From assembly GCA_964642015.1 (NCBI GenBank), contig CAZXLF010000009.1, positions 1,435 to 45,763 of the forward strand: a stretch of 44,329 nt of DNA, written 5' to 3'. Source of the DNA: an uncultured Planctomycetia bacterium (GTDB lineage: Bacteria > Omnitrophota > Gorgyraeia > 2-02-FULL-51-18). Shown here piece by piece: positions 32,996 through 42,578 of this stretch (the stretch's first letter is position 1; the number at the start of each line of letters is the position of its first letter). Both the position numbers and the translations under genes were made by a program. The notes beneath the pieces are model-generated. The model made no database searches. It worked only from the letters and a program-made list of their open reading frames with translations, and was not told where the DNA came from.

Positions 32996-34972
32996 ATGAA
33001 TTATGATCCTTTCCAACTGAAAGCCATCCAAGCGATCGACGAAGAAAAATCAGTGCTCGTCTCCGCTCCTACTGGCTCTGGCAAAACCGCGATCGCTGAA
33101 TACGCGATCAATAAAGCGATGGCTCGCGGAGAACGGGTCATCTACACCGCTCCGATCAAAGCGCTCTCCAATCAAAAATACCGCGATTTTTCGGTTATCT
33201 ATCCGGACAAAGTGGGACTTCTGACCGGAGATGTCACGCTGAACGCGCATTCTATGCTTATCATTATGACCACCGAGATATACCGCAACCAGCTTTTTGA
33301 AGACGCCGAACGGTTGAATAACACCACGTGGGTCATATTTGATGAAGTCCATTACCTTGACGACCTCGAGCGCGGAACCGTTTGGGAAGAAGCGATCATG
33401 TTCTCGCCCGACCACATACGCTTTGTCGCGTTGTCTGCCACTGCGCCTAATATCGAGGAACTTGCCGAGTGGATGCGACAGACGTTGAAACGCCAGCTTG
33501 AGGTCATCGTGGAAACGCACCGCCCGGTACCGCTTGTGCAATTATTCCAATGCCAGGGAAATATTTACGGCGATCCTAGAATATTAAAAAAAGACGGCTA
33601 TCTGGATCGTGAGTATTGGCCTTCGGGGCGTTTTGAAGGCGGACAAAACAGGGTCATGAAACGCCGCTTCTCAAGACACCACTATCAACAATTTCTGCGC
33701 GCCAAACCAAACCGCACCGACGAACTGGTCAGACATCTGGTCAAAGAAAAACGCCTTCCGTGTCTTTATTTTGCGTTCGGAAGAAAAAGAGCGGAGGAGC
33801 TAGCTTGGGAGCAGGAGAAATTCGATTTTTTATCACCGGAAGAAAAGATTGTGGTCGAAAAGACTTACCATGATCTCTGCGAACGCTTCGATCTTAAAAC
33901 AGAGCCCAGCGCGATCGATATGCAGCGGCTTGTTAAACGCGGCATCGCGTTCCACCACGCCGGCATGCTGCCCACATTAAAGGAAGTCATTGAACAGCTT
34001 TTTACATCGAAGCTGATCAAAATGATCTTTACGACCGAAACATTCGCGCTAGGAATCAACATGCCCGCAAAAACAGTCGCTTTTGATGAAATGAGAAAAT
34101 TTTACGGAACACACTTTGCGAACTTGAGAACGCGGGATTTTTTTCAGATGGCCGGACGCGCCGGACGCCGCGGCATGGATGCGTGCGGCTATGTCTATAC
34201 ACGCGTCAATCCGCATCAACTCCCCTATCCGGCTCTAATCAGGATCATTTATGGCAAGCCCGAGCCGATCGAGAGCCAGTTCAATTCATGCTATGCGACG
34301 CTTCTGAATCTCTACGCACAATTTGGTTCAAAACTTCTCGAACTTTATCCGCGGTCATTTCATTTTTTTCAGTCCAACCGCAAAGGCCGCCAGAAAGGCA
34401 TGGCTTCAATCGAAAAAAAATTAGCGCTCCTAAAAGAACTGAACCACATCAATGATACAGGCCTCACAATGAAAGGCCAATTCGCCTCGTGGATGTACGG
34501 CTACGAGCTGATCCTCTCGGAAATGCTCGAGGATGGCTATCTTGAGACCTTGAACGAGACGCGCCTCTGCGCACTGTTGGCCGCGCTTGTGTTCGAGCCG
34601 AGAAGGAATCAGGAATGCCCTAAACTTCCGGCGAATATTGAGAGTGTTGAAAAAAGATCGCTTAATTATTTACGACGCGTACACACCAAAGAATCGATCT
34701 ACAAAATTTATCCCGCCACAAAACTCCCCCATTTTCATCTGGCGACAGCGCTTGAAGCGTGGATCGGAGGATGCGCGTTCAAGGATCTCGGGAGACACAC
34801 AGATGTGGATGAAGGAGAGATCATCCGTTATTTTCGGATGGTCATTCAACTACTGCGTCAGCTCAGACAAGCACCGCAAGTCAGCGATAATCTGAAGAAT
34901 ACGGCAAAAAGTGCGCTTCAAAAAATAAACCGCGATCTTGTGGACGCCGAACGTCAATTAAGGAACATGTGA
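32996..34972 (+). CDS. Ski2/HelY-like DExH RNA helicase
   Basis: APTGSGKT, PIKALSNQK, DEVH, SAT, HHAGML, GINMPA, QMAGRAGRRG, C-terminal DEGEIIR. Confidence 0.93.
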   Translation: MNYDPFQLKAIQAIDEEKSVLVSAPTGSGKTAIAEYAINKAMARGERVIYTAPIKALSNQKYRDFSVIYPDKVGLLTGDVTLNAHSMLIIMTTEIYRNQLFEDAERLNNTTWVIFDEVHYLDDLERGTVWEEAIMFSPDHIRFVALSATAPNIEELAEWMRQTLKRQLEVIVETHRPVPLVQLFQCQGNIYGDPRILKKDGYLDREYWPSGRFEGGQNRVMKRRFSRHHYQQFLRAKPNRTDELVRHLVKEKRLPCLYFAFGRKRAEELAWEQEKFDFLSPEEKIVVEKTYHDLCERFDLKTEPSAIDMQRLVKRGIAFHHAGMLPTLKEVIEQLFTSKLIKMIFTTETFALGINMPAKTVAFDEMRKFYGTHFANLRTRDFFQMAGRAGRRGMDACGYVYTRVNPHQLPYPALIRIIYGKPEPIESQFNSCYATLLNLYAQFGSKLLELYPRSFHFFQSNRKGRQKGMASIEKKLALLKELNHINDTGLTMKGQFASWMYGYELILSEMLEDGYLETLNETRLCALLAALVFEPRRNQECPKLPANIESVEKRSLNYLRRVHTKESIYKIYPATKLPHFHLATALEAWIGGCAFKDLGRHTDVDEGEIIRYFRMVIQLLRQLRQAPQVSDNLKNTAKSALQKINRDLVDAERQLRNM

Positions 34973-34985
34973 AAACGCGGGTTTG

Positions 34986-35022
34986 CGGTCAGCGGTTTTA
35001 GATTTGCGCAAACCGATAACCG
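34986..35022. terminator. Imperfect hairpin between convergent helicase and grxD
   Basis: CGGTCAGCGGTTT...AAACCGATAACCG; no clear U-tract. Confidence 0.45.
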
Positions 35023-35034
35023 ATCACCTCAAAC

Positions 35035-35343
35035 CTATTTGAGCAATTGCTGCAGTTCGCCGCTTTCATGCAGTTCATGCACGATGTCGCAGCCGCCGAT
35101 GAGCTTCCCGTTGATGAAAACCTGCGGAAATGTCGGCCATTTTGAATATTCGGGAAGCTTGGCCCGAACATCCGAATTGACGATCACGTCAACCGAGTGG
35201 AACGGTGTTTTCATGTTGTTGAAAAGCTCCACCGTCGCGGCTGAAAAACCGCACAACGGAGCTTGCGGTGTGCCTTTGATAAAAAGCACGACCTTATGGG
35301 ATTTGATCTCTTTTTCTATGCGATCGATCGTTGGATCACTCAT
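35035..35343 (-). CDS. grxD: Monothiol glutaredoxin
   Basis: KGTPQAPLCGFS, WPTFPQ, GGCD. Confidence 0.96.
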   Translation of the reverse strand: MSDPTIDRIEKEIKSHKVVLFIKGTPQAPLCGFSAATVELFNNMKTPFHSVDVIVNSDVRAKLPEYSKWPTFPQVFINGKLIGGCDIVHELHESGELQQLLK

Positions 35344-35570
35344 TCTTCGGCCCTCGTCTTAAGTTTAACAGCGTGAATGCGGTCTTCCATCTCTTTTTCG
35401 AGAATGGAAAAGATCTTTTTGTGTTGCTCCATCAAAGAAAGTCCGTGAAAATCTTTTGAGATCACATGGATCTCAAAATGATCGCTGGTGCCGGTCATGT
35501 CTGAAACTTTGACCTTGGCGCTTGGCATAACCGACAAGATCATGCGTTCTATTTCCAGCGGTGTGATCAT
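35340..35570 (-). CDS. BolA family protein
   Basis: DHFEIHVIS, EQHKKIF, IHAVKL; adjacent to grxD; ATG 35570. Confidence 0.92.
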   Translation of the reverse strand: MITPLEIERMILSVMPSAKVKVSDMTGTSDHFEIHVISKDFHGLSLMEQHKKIFSILEKEMEDRIHAVKLKTRAEE

Positions 35571-35571
35571 T

Positions 35572-37338
35572 TCAAAGTCTCGCGCGCAGCGCCTCTTGTT
35601 CTTCAAGGATCTCCTTCGGCAGATGATTTCCAAGCGTCTTAAAAAATTGAGATTGTTTATCTAATTCAGTCCGCCATTCATCGTGGTCAATGCTCAATAG
35701 CTGCTGCAAGGTCTGTCTCGAAAGGTTCAGACCTTCCAATGAAATCGCGTCTGCTGTTGGCAAATATCCGATCGAGGTCTTTTGAGCCTCTCCTTTTCCC
35801 TGAGCGCGCTCCAAGATCCATAAAATTACGCGTAGATTCTCACCAAATCCCGGCCACATCATCTTTCCATCCGCTCCGGTACGGAACCAGTCGACATGAA
35901 ATATTTTTGGCGGTTTGGCTATTTTTTTTCCCATATCCAGCCAATGCTTAAAATAATCTCCCATATGATAGCCGCAAAAAGGCAGCATCGCCATCGGATC
36001 GCGGCGCACAACGCCTACCTCGCCTGTGGCTGCCGCGGTCGTCTCCGAAGCCATCGTCGCCCCTAAATAAACTCCATGCTGCCAACTGAAAGACTCGTAA
36101 ACCAATGGCGCCAATTTGGCGCGTCGTCCGCCGAAAATGATCGCTGAGATAGGAACGCCCTGCGGATTTTCCCATTCAGGAGAAATAGAAGGGCATTGTG
36201 ATGCCGGAGCCGTGAAACGGCTGTTCGGATGCGCGCCTTTTTCGCTTGAAGCGGGCGTCCAAGACCTGCCTTTCCAATCCGTCGCTTCAGCGGGAGGATC
36301 TTCAAGTCCTTCCCACCAGACCGTTTTGTCTTTTTTAAGAACCACGTTCGTGAAAATAGTGTTTTTTTGGATCGTGGCCAATGCATTCGGATTTGATTGC
36401 TTATTCGTGCCGGGCGCGACACCAAAAAAACCCGCTTCAGGATTGATCGCCCAAAGTCTTCCATCGGCACCGATCCTTAGCCATGCAATATCGTCACCGA
36501 CCGTCCAGACTTTATAACCCTTGATGGTCGGCGGCGGGATCAGCATCGCAAGATTTGTTTTGCCGCATTGGCTCGGAAACGCTGCTGTAACGTAATGTGT
36601 TTCGCCTTTTGGATTTTGGATCCCCAGGATCAGCATATGCTCTGCCATCCATCCCTGGGTTTTACCAAGGTAACTTCCTATCCTGAGCGCCAGACATTTT
36701 TTTCCTAAAAGAGCATTACCGCCATAGCATGACCCTACACTCCAGATCGTATTATCTTCAGGAAAATGGCAAATAAATCTTCTATTGATATTAAGATCCG
36801 CTTTTCCATGCAAACAACGCGTGAAATCGTTACTGCTCCCCAATTGCTTCAAAGCCGACAAACCCATCCGAGTCATAATGCGCATATTCAGAACAACGTA
36901 AATGCTGTCGGTGATCTGAACGCCTACTTTGCTGAGCGGCGACCCCAGCGGACCCATCACAAAAGGAACAACATACATCGTGCGCCCTTTCATGGAAGCG
37001 CCAAAAATACTGCCAAGTTTAGAATACGCCTCTTTAGGATCCATCCAATTATTGGTCGGACCGGCATCGTCTTTTGAGCGCGTACAAATAAAAGTCAACT
37101 GTTCCGTCCTCGCGACATCATTTTCAGCGGTTCGGTGATAAATGCACCCTGGGAGCATTTGCTGATTCAAAAGGATGATTTCACCAGTCGAAACAGCTTC
37201 ATCGGTCAGACTTTTCTTTTCAGCTTCCGTGCCGTCACACCAGATGACTCGATCCGGCTGGCAGAGCGCAGTCGCTTCGTCGACCCATGCGATCAGGTAG
37301 GGATTCGTTGTCAACTTCTTCTCTTTGGTCTGGAACAT
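35572..37338 (-). CDS. pckG: Phosphoenolpyruvate carboxykinase (GTP)
   Basis: DVART, YGGNALLGKKC, AEHM, FPSQCGKTN, VGDDIAW, NPEAGFFGVAPG, HPNSRF. Confidence 0.97.
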   Translation of the reverse strand: MFQTKEKKLTTNPYLIAWVDEATALCQPDRVIWCDGTEAEKKSLTDEAVSTGEIILLNQQMLPGCIYHRTAENDVARTEQLTFICTRSKDDAGPTNNWMDPKEAYSKLGSIFGASMKGRTMYVVPFVMGPLGSPLSKVGVQITDSIYVVLNMRIMTRMGLSALKQLGSSNDFTRCLHGKADLNINRRFICHFPEDNTIWSVGSCYGGNALLGKKCLALRIGSYLGKTQGWMAEHMLILGIQNPKGETHYVTAAFPSQCGKTNLAMLIPPPTIKGYKVWTVGDDIAWLRIGADGRLWAINPEAGFFGVAPGTNKQSNPNALATIQKNTIFTNVVLKKDKTVWWEGLEDPPAEATDWKGRSWTPASSEKGAHPNSRFTAPASQCPSISPEWENPQGVPISAIIFGGRRAKLAPLVYESFSWQHGVYLGATMASETTAAATGEVGVVRRDPMAMLPFCGYHMGDYFKHWLDMGKKIAKPPKIFHVDWFRTGADGKMMWPGFGENLRVILWILERAQGKGEAQKTSIGYLPTADAISLEGLNLSRQTLQQLLSIDHDEWRTELDKQSQFFKTLGNHLPKEILEEQEALRARL

Positions 37339-37438
37339 CGTTTTCTCAAATTAAAAAATATCATAGTATCTTTCGATTTTGATTGTATATCAGTCATAGG
37401 TATTTGGCAACGCCATTATGAAATGTTATAATCTTTTC

Positions 37439-38296
37439 ATGAAAAAAAGCGGGCTTCTTATAACACTGCTGCTGATATTTCTGCCTTTCTTTTTCCAGGA
37501 ACATGCATCGGCCTTTGGCGTGCAAGGTGAGAGTTTGCATATCGACACCGTAAAAGCGCTTGCCATCAACCGCTCCATGCTGGCCCAATTCAGGGCCGAC
37601 TATGCCACTCTTTCAGAAATCCCCGCAACCTCAGACCATGCCAAACGCGAATTAGCAAACCTTCAGTACAAGATCAAAGCGCTTTCCGAGGAAAATGAGA
37701 AACTGATTCGAGCACTTTCTCAAAAAGACCAGGCTGATGACTTCCTGAAGAACATCATTGCGAAAACCGAAGCAGAAAGACCTTCTTCTGAAAACACAAC
37801 AGCTTCGATCTCGGCGTCATTCGCGCCCGAACCGACGGAAACGATAGTTCCTCTCAAACAGCAACGTCAAAACTTTCCGGAAACATCCAGGCTACACGAG
37901 CGCGCTTTGGAGTTTGTGGCGAAAAAAGAGCTAAAAAAAGCTATAAATATATACCAGGACATTGTTCTAACGAATCCTAATGATGATGAGGCTTATCTTT
38001 TGATGGGTCACTGCTTTGTGATGACCGGTGACTTCGTTAAAGCGGAAGAAGCTTTTCAAAATGCGGCAAATATCAATCCAAAAGACCTTTCCCAAGTTAT
38101 GCCGTTCTATGACAACCTAGTCAGCAAAAATCCCAACGATGCGGACGCCCGTGCGGATCAAGGTTTCGTCTGTTTGATGTTCGGCAATATTGAACGCGCT
38201 AAGGACTGTTTCAATAAAGCGCTGTCTTTGGATAGCGGCAACGTGGTAGCTTTAAGAGGCCTGAAACTTCTGGAAAGCCGTAAGTTAAATCAATAA
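37439..38296 (+). CDS. Exported coiled-coil + TPR protein
   Basis: Signal peptide MKKSGLLITLLLIFLPFFFQEHASA; TPR repeats in C-terminal half; ATG 37439. Confidence 0.8.
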   Translation: MKKSGLLITLLLIFLPFFFQEHASAFGVQGESLHIDTVKALAINRSMLAQFRADYATLSEIPATSDHAKRELANLQYKIKALSEENEKLIRALSQKDQADDFLKNIIAKTEAERPSSENTTASISASFAPEPTETIVPLKQQRQNFPETSRLHERALEFVAKKELKKAINIYQDIVLTNPNDDEAYLLMGHCFVMTGDFVKAEEAFQNAANINPKDLSQVMPFYDNLVSKNPNDADARADQGFVCLMFGNIERAKDCFNKALSLDSGNVVALRGLKLLESRKLNQ

Positions 38297-38703
38297 CTCG
38301 TCGGTTTTCTCCTGAATTCTTTTTTAAGCGCCTGACGCTTCTTATCGTCCAGCATTTTTTCTTTTGCGCGTTTCGAGCGCTTTCTTTTTTGGCGGCGGAT
38401 CTTTTCAATGGCTTTTCGATGTTCGCTGGCGATCCCGTGGCGCACCGCTTCTATCCTCTCCACCAAAAGCCGTCTGGCCAGAAAACGGTTCAACCCCTGG
38501 GACCGCTCACGTTGGCAGCGCACTTCGAGTCCCGAAGGCCGATGCCGTAATACAACGCATGTCGACACTTTGTTGACATTCTGGCCTCCAGAACCGCCCG
38601 AGCGGACAAAGGTTTCCTCAAAATCAGATTCGCGAAGCGAAAGCTCGGCCATTTTTTTCTCAAGCTCTTCGATCTTTTTCGGAGAGACCGGATAAACAGA
38701 CAC
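38290..38703 (-). CDS. RF-1 domain peptidyl-tRNA hydrolase (ArfB/C12orf65-like ribosome rescue factor)
   Basis: RSGGSGGQNVNK, RSQGLNR, basic C-terminal tail. Confidence 0.88.
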   Translation of the reverse strand: MSVYPVSPKKIEELEKKMAELSLRESDFEETFVRSGGSGGQNVNKVSTCVVLRHRPSGLEVRCQRERSQGLNRFLARRLLVERIEAVRHGIASEHRKAIEKIRRQKRKRSKRAKEKMLDDKKRQALKKEFRRKPTSY

Positions 38704-38704
38704 G

Positions 38705-39271
38705 TTATTTTCTGAGGTGGGGACTGAAAACCTTACCGCGGTAATACTTCAACTCTTCGATGGATTCGCGGATGTCATCGCAAACACGGTGGGTTTGATG
38801 TTTTAAACGGGGCATTTTATGATCAAGCGGATACCAGCGCTCAACAAGCTCTTTCACGGAACTTACATCGATGACCCTGTAATGCAGATAGGATTCCAGC
38901 TTCGGCATGTATTTCACCAGAAACCTGCGGTCCTGCCAGATCGTGTTCCCGCAAAGAGGCGCGCTCTTTTGGTGGCAATATTTTTTTATGAAGCTCAAAA
39001 CTTCCGACTCGGCTTTGCGCAGCGATATTTTAGATGTCCGGCAGGCATCGGTAAGGCCCGATTTTTTATGATGGTACTTGCTCCACGCCTCCATCGAGCG
39101 CAAAACTTTTTCGCCGTGGTGGATCGCGATGAAAGGCCCTTCGGCGATCACATTCAATTGGCTATCAGTCACGATAGCGCCTATTTCAAGGATCGTGCAC
39201 GTCTTTGGATCCAGCCCCGTCATTTCAAGGTCGACCCAGACCAAATTCGTTTTTTTCTGTTTTTGAGTCAA
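38705..39271 (-). CDS. orn: Oligoribonuclease
   Basis: LVWVDLEMTGL, HKKSGL, LCGNTIWQDR, HYRVIDVSS, HRVCDDI. Confidence 0.95.
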   Translation of the reverse strand: MTQKQKKTNLVWVDLEMTGLDPKTCTILEIGAIVTDSQLNVIAEGPFIAIHHGEKVLRSMEAWSKYHHKKSGLTDACRTSKISLRKAESEVLSFIKKYCHQKSAPLCGNTIWQDRRFLVKYMPKLESYLHYRVIDVSSVKELVERWYPLDHKMPRLKHQTHRVCDDIRESIEELKYYRGKVFSPHLRK

Positions 39272-39295
39272 AGTACGGAGATTTTCAGAATAAGT

Positions 39296-40057
39296 TTAGG
39301 ATTTCTTTTCAATGAATTTATCAGACATGTTCTTGACCAACTCCATCAATTCGACGGGTACAGCGAGCACCACCGTGTTGGAAGCTGTGGGCCCGAGGCC
39401 ATCGATCGTCTGAAGTGTGCGAAGCTGCATCGCGCCAGGGCTTTCACGCATTGTCTTCGCCGCTTCGGAAAGATTAAGCGCAGCCATCTTGTCTCCTTCG
39501 GCTTTGGTGATCGTGGCACGCTTTTCTCTTTCCGCTGATGCCTGGCGCGACATCATTTTCTTTAGCTCCTCAGGCACGTCAACATCCTGGATCTTGATCG
39601 TCGTGACCTCAAGGCCCCAATTAGCGCTTTCCTTCGCAACGATCTTTTCTATCTCTTCGCCTATCATCTGCCTTTCAGCCAAAAGATCGTCAAAACTCAC
39701 ACCACCAACGACATCTCTCAATGCCGCCTGTGCGAATTGAGAGATCGCGTAGTTGTAATCCTGCACTTTAAGGATCGCATCTTCAGCCCGCGTAACCTTA
39801 AAATACACGACACCGTTTATCGTCACCGGAACATTATCTTTGGTAATGACTTGTTGCTTGGGAATATCCCGCGTCAAGACTCTCATATCCACGGTCCGCG
39901 TCCATTCAAAGATAGGAAGGATCAAATTAAGCCCAGGCATTAAGGTGCGGCTAAAACGTCCGAGCGTAAATACAATAGCTGTTTCGTACTGCTGGACTAC
40001 ACGGACCGACAGGGCGATCAGAGCAATAATAAATGGCAGGAGGAATACAGGCGTCAC
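39296..40057 (-). CDS. SPFH/stomatin-like protein
   Basis: N-terminal [24 protein letters not shown]. Confidence 0.93.
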   Translation of the reverse strand: MTPVFLLPFIIALIALSVRVVQQYETAIVFTLGRFSRTLMPGLNLILPIFEWTRTVDMRVLTRDIPKQQVITKDNVPVTINGVVYFKVTRAEDAILKVQDYNYAISQFAQAALRDVVGGVSFDDLLAERQMIGEEIEKIVAKESANWGLEVTTIKIQDVDVPEELKKMMSRQASAEREKRATITKAEGDKMAALNLSEAAKTMRESPGAMQLRTLQTIDGLGPTASNTVVLAVPVELMELVKNMSDKFIEKKS

Positions 40058-40437
40058 ACAAGCCTCTGCGCTTTGTTATTATTTTTAGTATTGAAGAGCA
40101 CAGACACTCGGTTTCCGGCCGATGTCGCCGAAATGCATGTTACACCAACACCAGCCTTAGCCAGTTTGTGAGCAACGCGCTCAAGTGAACCGACCTTATG
40201 CGACAGAGTGACTGATAGCACGTCCTTTTCTTTGGCGGATATACGGAGTTTTTTCAAAGCCTTTTTTGCCTTGGCATTATTGCTGGTCACCAGGCCGAAA
40301 TGGCCTCTTGCGCCTTCTCCGCAAGCCCAGGCGTGAAGAATATTCACCCCTGCCTCTTTTAAAACACAGGTCACATTGCAAAGAACACCAGTCTTATTGG
40401 GTGTTTCAAATTGAAGCTCTTTAAGTTTCTTAGCCAT
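40054..40437 (-). CDS. Tandem ACT domain protein
   Basis: [10 protein letters not shown]...AGVNI and HKVGSLERV...AGVGV. Confidence 0.8.
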   Translation of the reverse strand: MAKKLKELQFETPNKTGVLCNVTCVLKEAGVNILHAWACGEGARGHFGLVTSNNAKAKKALKKLRISAKEKDVLSVTLSHKVGSLERVAHKLAKAGVGVTCISATSAGNRVSVLFNTKNNNKAQRLV

Positions 40438-40599
40438 GGCGCCCTCCCCTTGTTATCGGTTTAGAATACCTCAAAAACTTTAGCTTGATTTTACCACAAG
40501 CTTGGTAGAAGAGAAAAATATTTCATTTTAAATATGACATAACAGCCGTTTCAAGCGCATCTCTTACGAAATAATCGCTAGGTATGTTATATTAACCCT

Positions 40600-41073
40600 G
40601 TGGAAGAGAAGCCTAAGGATCTGGTCATAACGACAAATAGAGAAGCCCGGCGCGATTATTTCATCGAAGATAGTCTGGAAGCAGGTATTGTGCTCGCGGG
40701 CTGTGAGGTCAAATCGCTAAGAGACAAGCAGGCCAGCCTGGCCGGTAGTTTCGCCAGAGTTGATGGGGACGATGTAATCCTGTATAATCTATACATTGCG
40801 CCTTACGAGATGGGTAACCGGGAAAATCTTGAGCCCAAACGCGAACGCAAACTGCTCCTGCACCGTTCTCAAATCCATAAGCTGAAGGTCAAGACAGTCG
40901 AAAAAGGTTTAGTTTTAATACCGTTGAAAATGTATTTTAATGATCACGGTATCGCAAAAATTGAATTGGCAGTAGCTAAAGGCAAAAAGCATTACGATAA
41001 ACGCTCGGATATCAAGAAATCCACCACGGCGAGAGAAATTGACCGTGCGATCAAGAATAGAAACAGGAAGTAA
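40600..41073 (+). CDS. smpB: SsrA-binding protein
   Basis: NREARRDY, EAGIVLAGCEVKSLR, RKLLLH, GKKHYDKR. Confidence 0.98.
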   Translation: MEEKPKDLVITTNREARRDYFIEDSLEAGIVLAGCEVKSLRDKQASLAGSFARVDGDDVILYNLYIAPYEMGNRENLEPKRERKLLLHRSQIHKLKVKTVEKGLVLIPLKMYFNDHGIAKIELAVAKGKKHYDKRSDIKKSTTAREIDRAIKNRNRK

Positions 41074-41077
41074 GATT

Positions 41078-41462
41078 GGGGGCGACAGGAATCGATCTAG
41101 CCTTTGATCTGATAGTGGCATGTGGAGGTGGTCGGGAGGCCTCCTTAAACACCTGACAAAACATAAACGCTAAAAACACGAACCTAGTGCATGTGCCCTT
41201 CGCAGGGCCCATGGCGTTTCCGCTAGCCGCCTAATAACGGCTACCGTCCGCCCATCCTCGTCTGCGGGATGGGGCCGGGCGTCGACAGCAGACTGGTCCG
41301 ATCCGCGCGCCCTTGGCGGGTTTGACGAGACGCGCAGAGGGCTCACTCTTTGGAATTGTGTCCGCTCAAAGTTCAAAGAGGAAATGAAAAACGGACTAAG
41401 CATGTAGAGGCTACGGACCTCAACGGTTAGAGACGCGAGTTCGAATCTCGCCGCCTCCACCA
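41078..41462 (+). ncRNA. ssrA: tmRNA
   Basis: 5' GGGGGCG pairs with 3' CGCCTCC-ACCA including a G3.U pair; T-arm GCGAGTTCGAATCTCGC; tag ORF 41169-41234 AKNTNLVHVPFAGPMAFPLAA*; directly after smpB. Confidence 0.96.
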
Positions 41463-41504
41463 TATTTGTTTGAAATAGTTTTCAACTTAAGAGAATTTGC
41501 TTTA

Positions 41505-42578
41505 ATGCTTTTACAAGTTCCAAAATCACATCCGAGCTATTTCAGGAAACCGTTCGTACTTAAGAGCGCGTTCTTTTTGTTTTTACTGGTTGCCTGCTCA
41601 TCGGCCTGGCATATCGGCCGCTTGCGCGCAACGGAATCTGCTCAGAGAAGCTTCACTTCCGTCACGCCGGAGGATATGAATCAGATCGAAAATCTGCATT
41701 CGCGCGCGGAAGACCTTATTGCTCAGAAAAAATTCAGGGACGCGATCAGCGTTTATTCGGAGATCGTATTGACCGAGCCCGATGATGATGATGCCTATAC
41801 AAATATGGGTCAGGCTTATATGGTTTTGGGCGACTACACTCACGCTAAGGACGCGTTCCAGAACGCGCTTCACATCAATCCTGATAACGAAGTCGCGACC
41901 ATGGGCCTAAGAAAGATCGCCGATCCCGATTATATGACCAACCCTGAGCCGGCTCCTGAAAATGCCGAGCAAAATATTACGGAAACTCCTCAGATGAGCG
42001 CGCCTGTTGTTACCGATGAAAAACCGGCTCCTTCTCAAATCTCCGCTCAAACTCCCGTTCAAAAACAGATCGTGACGGTGCCAACGCCGGCAGTTACCGT
42101 AGAAAAACCTGTTCAAGCTCCTGTTGAAAAACAAATCGTAACAGCATCAGCTCCGATTGTTCCCGCGGAAAAACCTGCCCCCGTTCAAGTTTCTATTCAG
42201 AAACAAATAGTGATACCGCCTGCCGAAAAACCTGTTGTTAAAAAAGCACCTCCGATTATATTATTTAAACCCAAACTGTCGAAAGCTGAAACCGAAACCA
42301 AACCTATTCAACCGGTCGTGCCTTCGTCAGAATCAAAACCAGCTTCCGTATCTTCGGATATCAACACGATCCTCAGCTCGCCTTTGTCTTTTAATCAAAT
42401 CACGCAGATGGCACTCCAAAATGCAGGACTCTATCATGGGCCGATAAACGGCGTTACGGATATGAGTACACAGAAAGCGGTTGAAACCTTCCAAAAAAAC
42501 AATCAGCTTGAAACAAATGGAATGGTTGATCCCGGCACCTGGTCAAAACTGAAACCGTATCTGGATAAGAAAAACTAG
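41505..42578 (+). CDS. TPR + Pro-rich linker + peptidoglycan-binding domain protein
   Basis: Hydrophobic N-terminus, TPRs, C-terminal QMALQNAGLYHGPING...TQKAVETFQ...GMVDPGTW; start uncertain (41466 or 41505). Confidence 0.82.
   Translation: MLLQVPKSHPSYFRKPFVLKSAFFLFLLVACSSAWHIGRLRATESAQRSFTSVTPEDMNQIENLHSRAEDLIAQKKFRDAISVYSEIVLTEPDDDDAYTNMGQAYMVLGDYTHAKDAFQNALHINPDNEVATMGLRKIADPDYMTNPEPAPENAEQNITETPQMSAPVVTDEKPAPSQISAQTPVQKQIVTVPTPAVTVEKPVQAPVEKQIVTASAPIVPAEKPAPVQVSIQKQIVIPPAEKPVVKKAPPIILFKPKLSKAETETKPIQPVVPSSESKPASVSSDINTILSSPLSFNQITQMALQNAGLYHGPINGVTDMSTQKAVETFQKNNQLETNGMVDPGTWSKLKPYLDKKN
42018..42236 (+). repeat. Three imperfect EKP...[QE]KQIV coding repeats
   Basis: PVQKQIVTVP / PVEKQIVTAS / SIQKQIVIPP, each flanked by EKP. 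Confidence 0.7.

Noticed and set aside
38819-39538. 239-aa plus-strand ORF
   Set aside because: It is antisense to orn and the SPFH gene, with no recognisable motifs.
41170-41463. 97-aa minus-strand ORF
   Set aside because: It is antisense to tmRNA.
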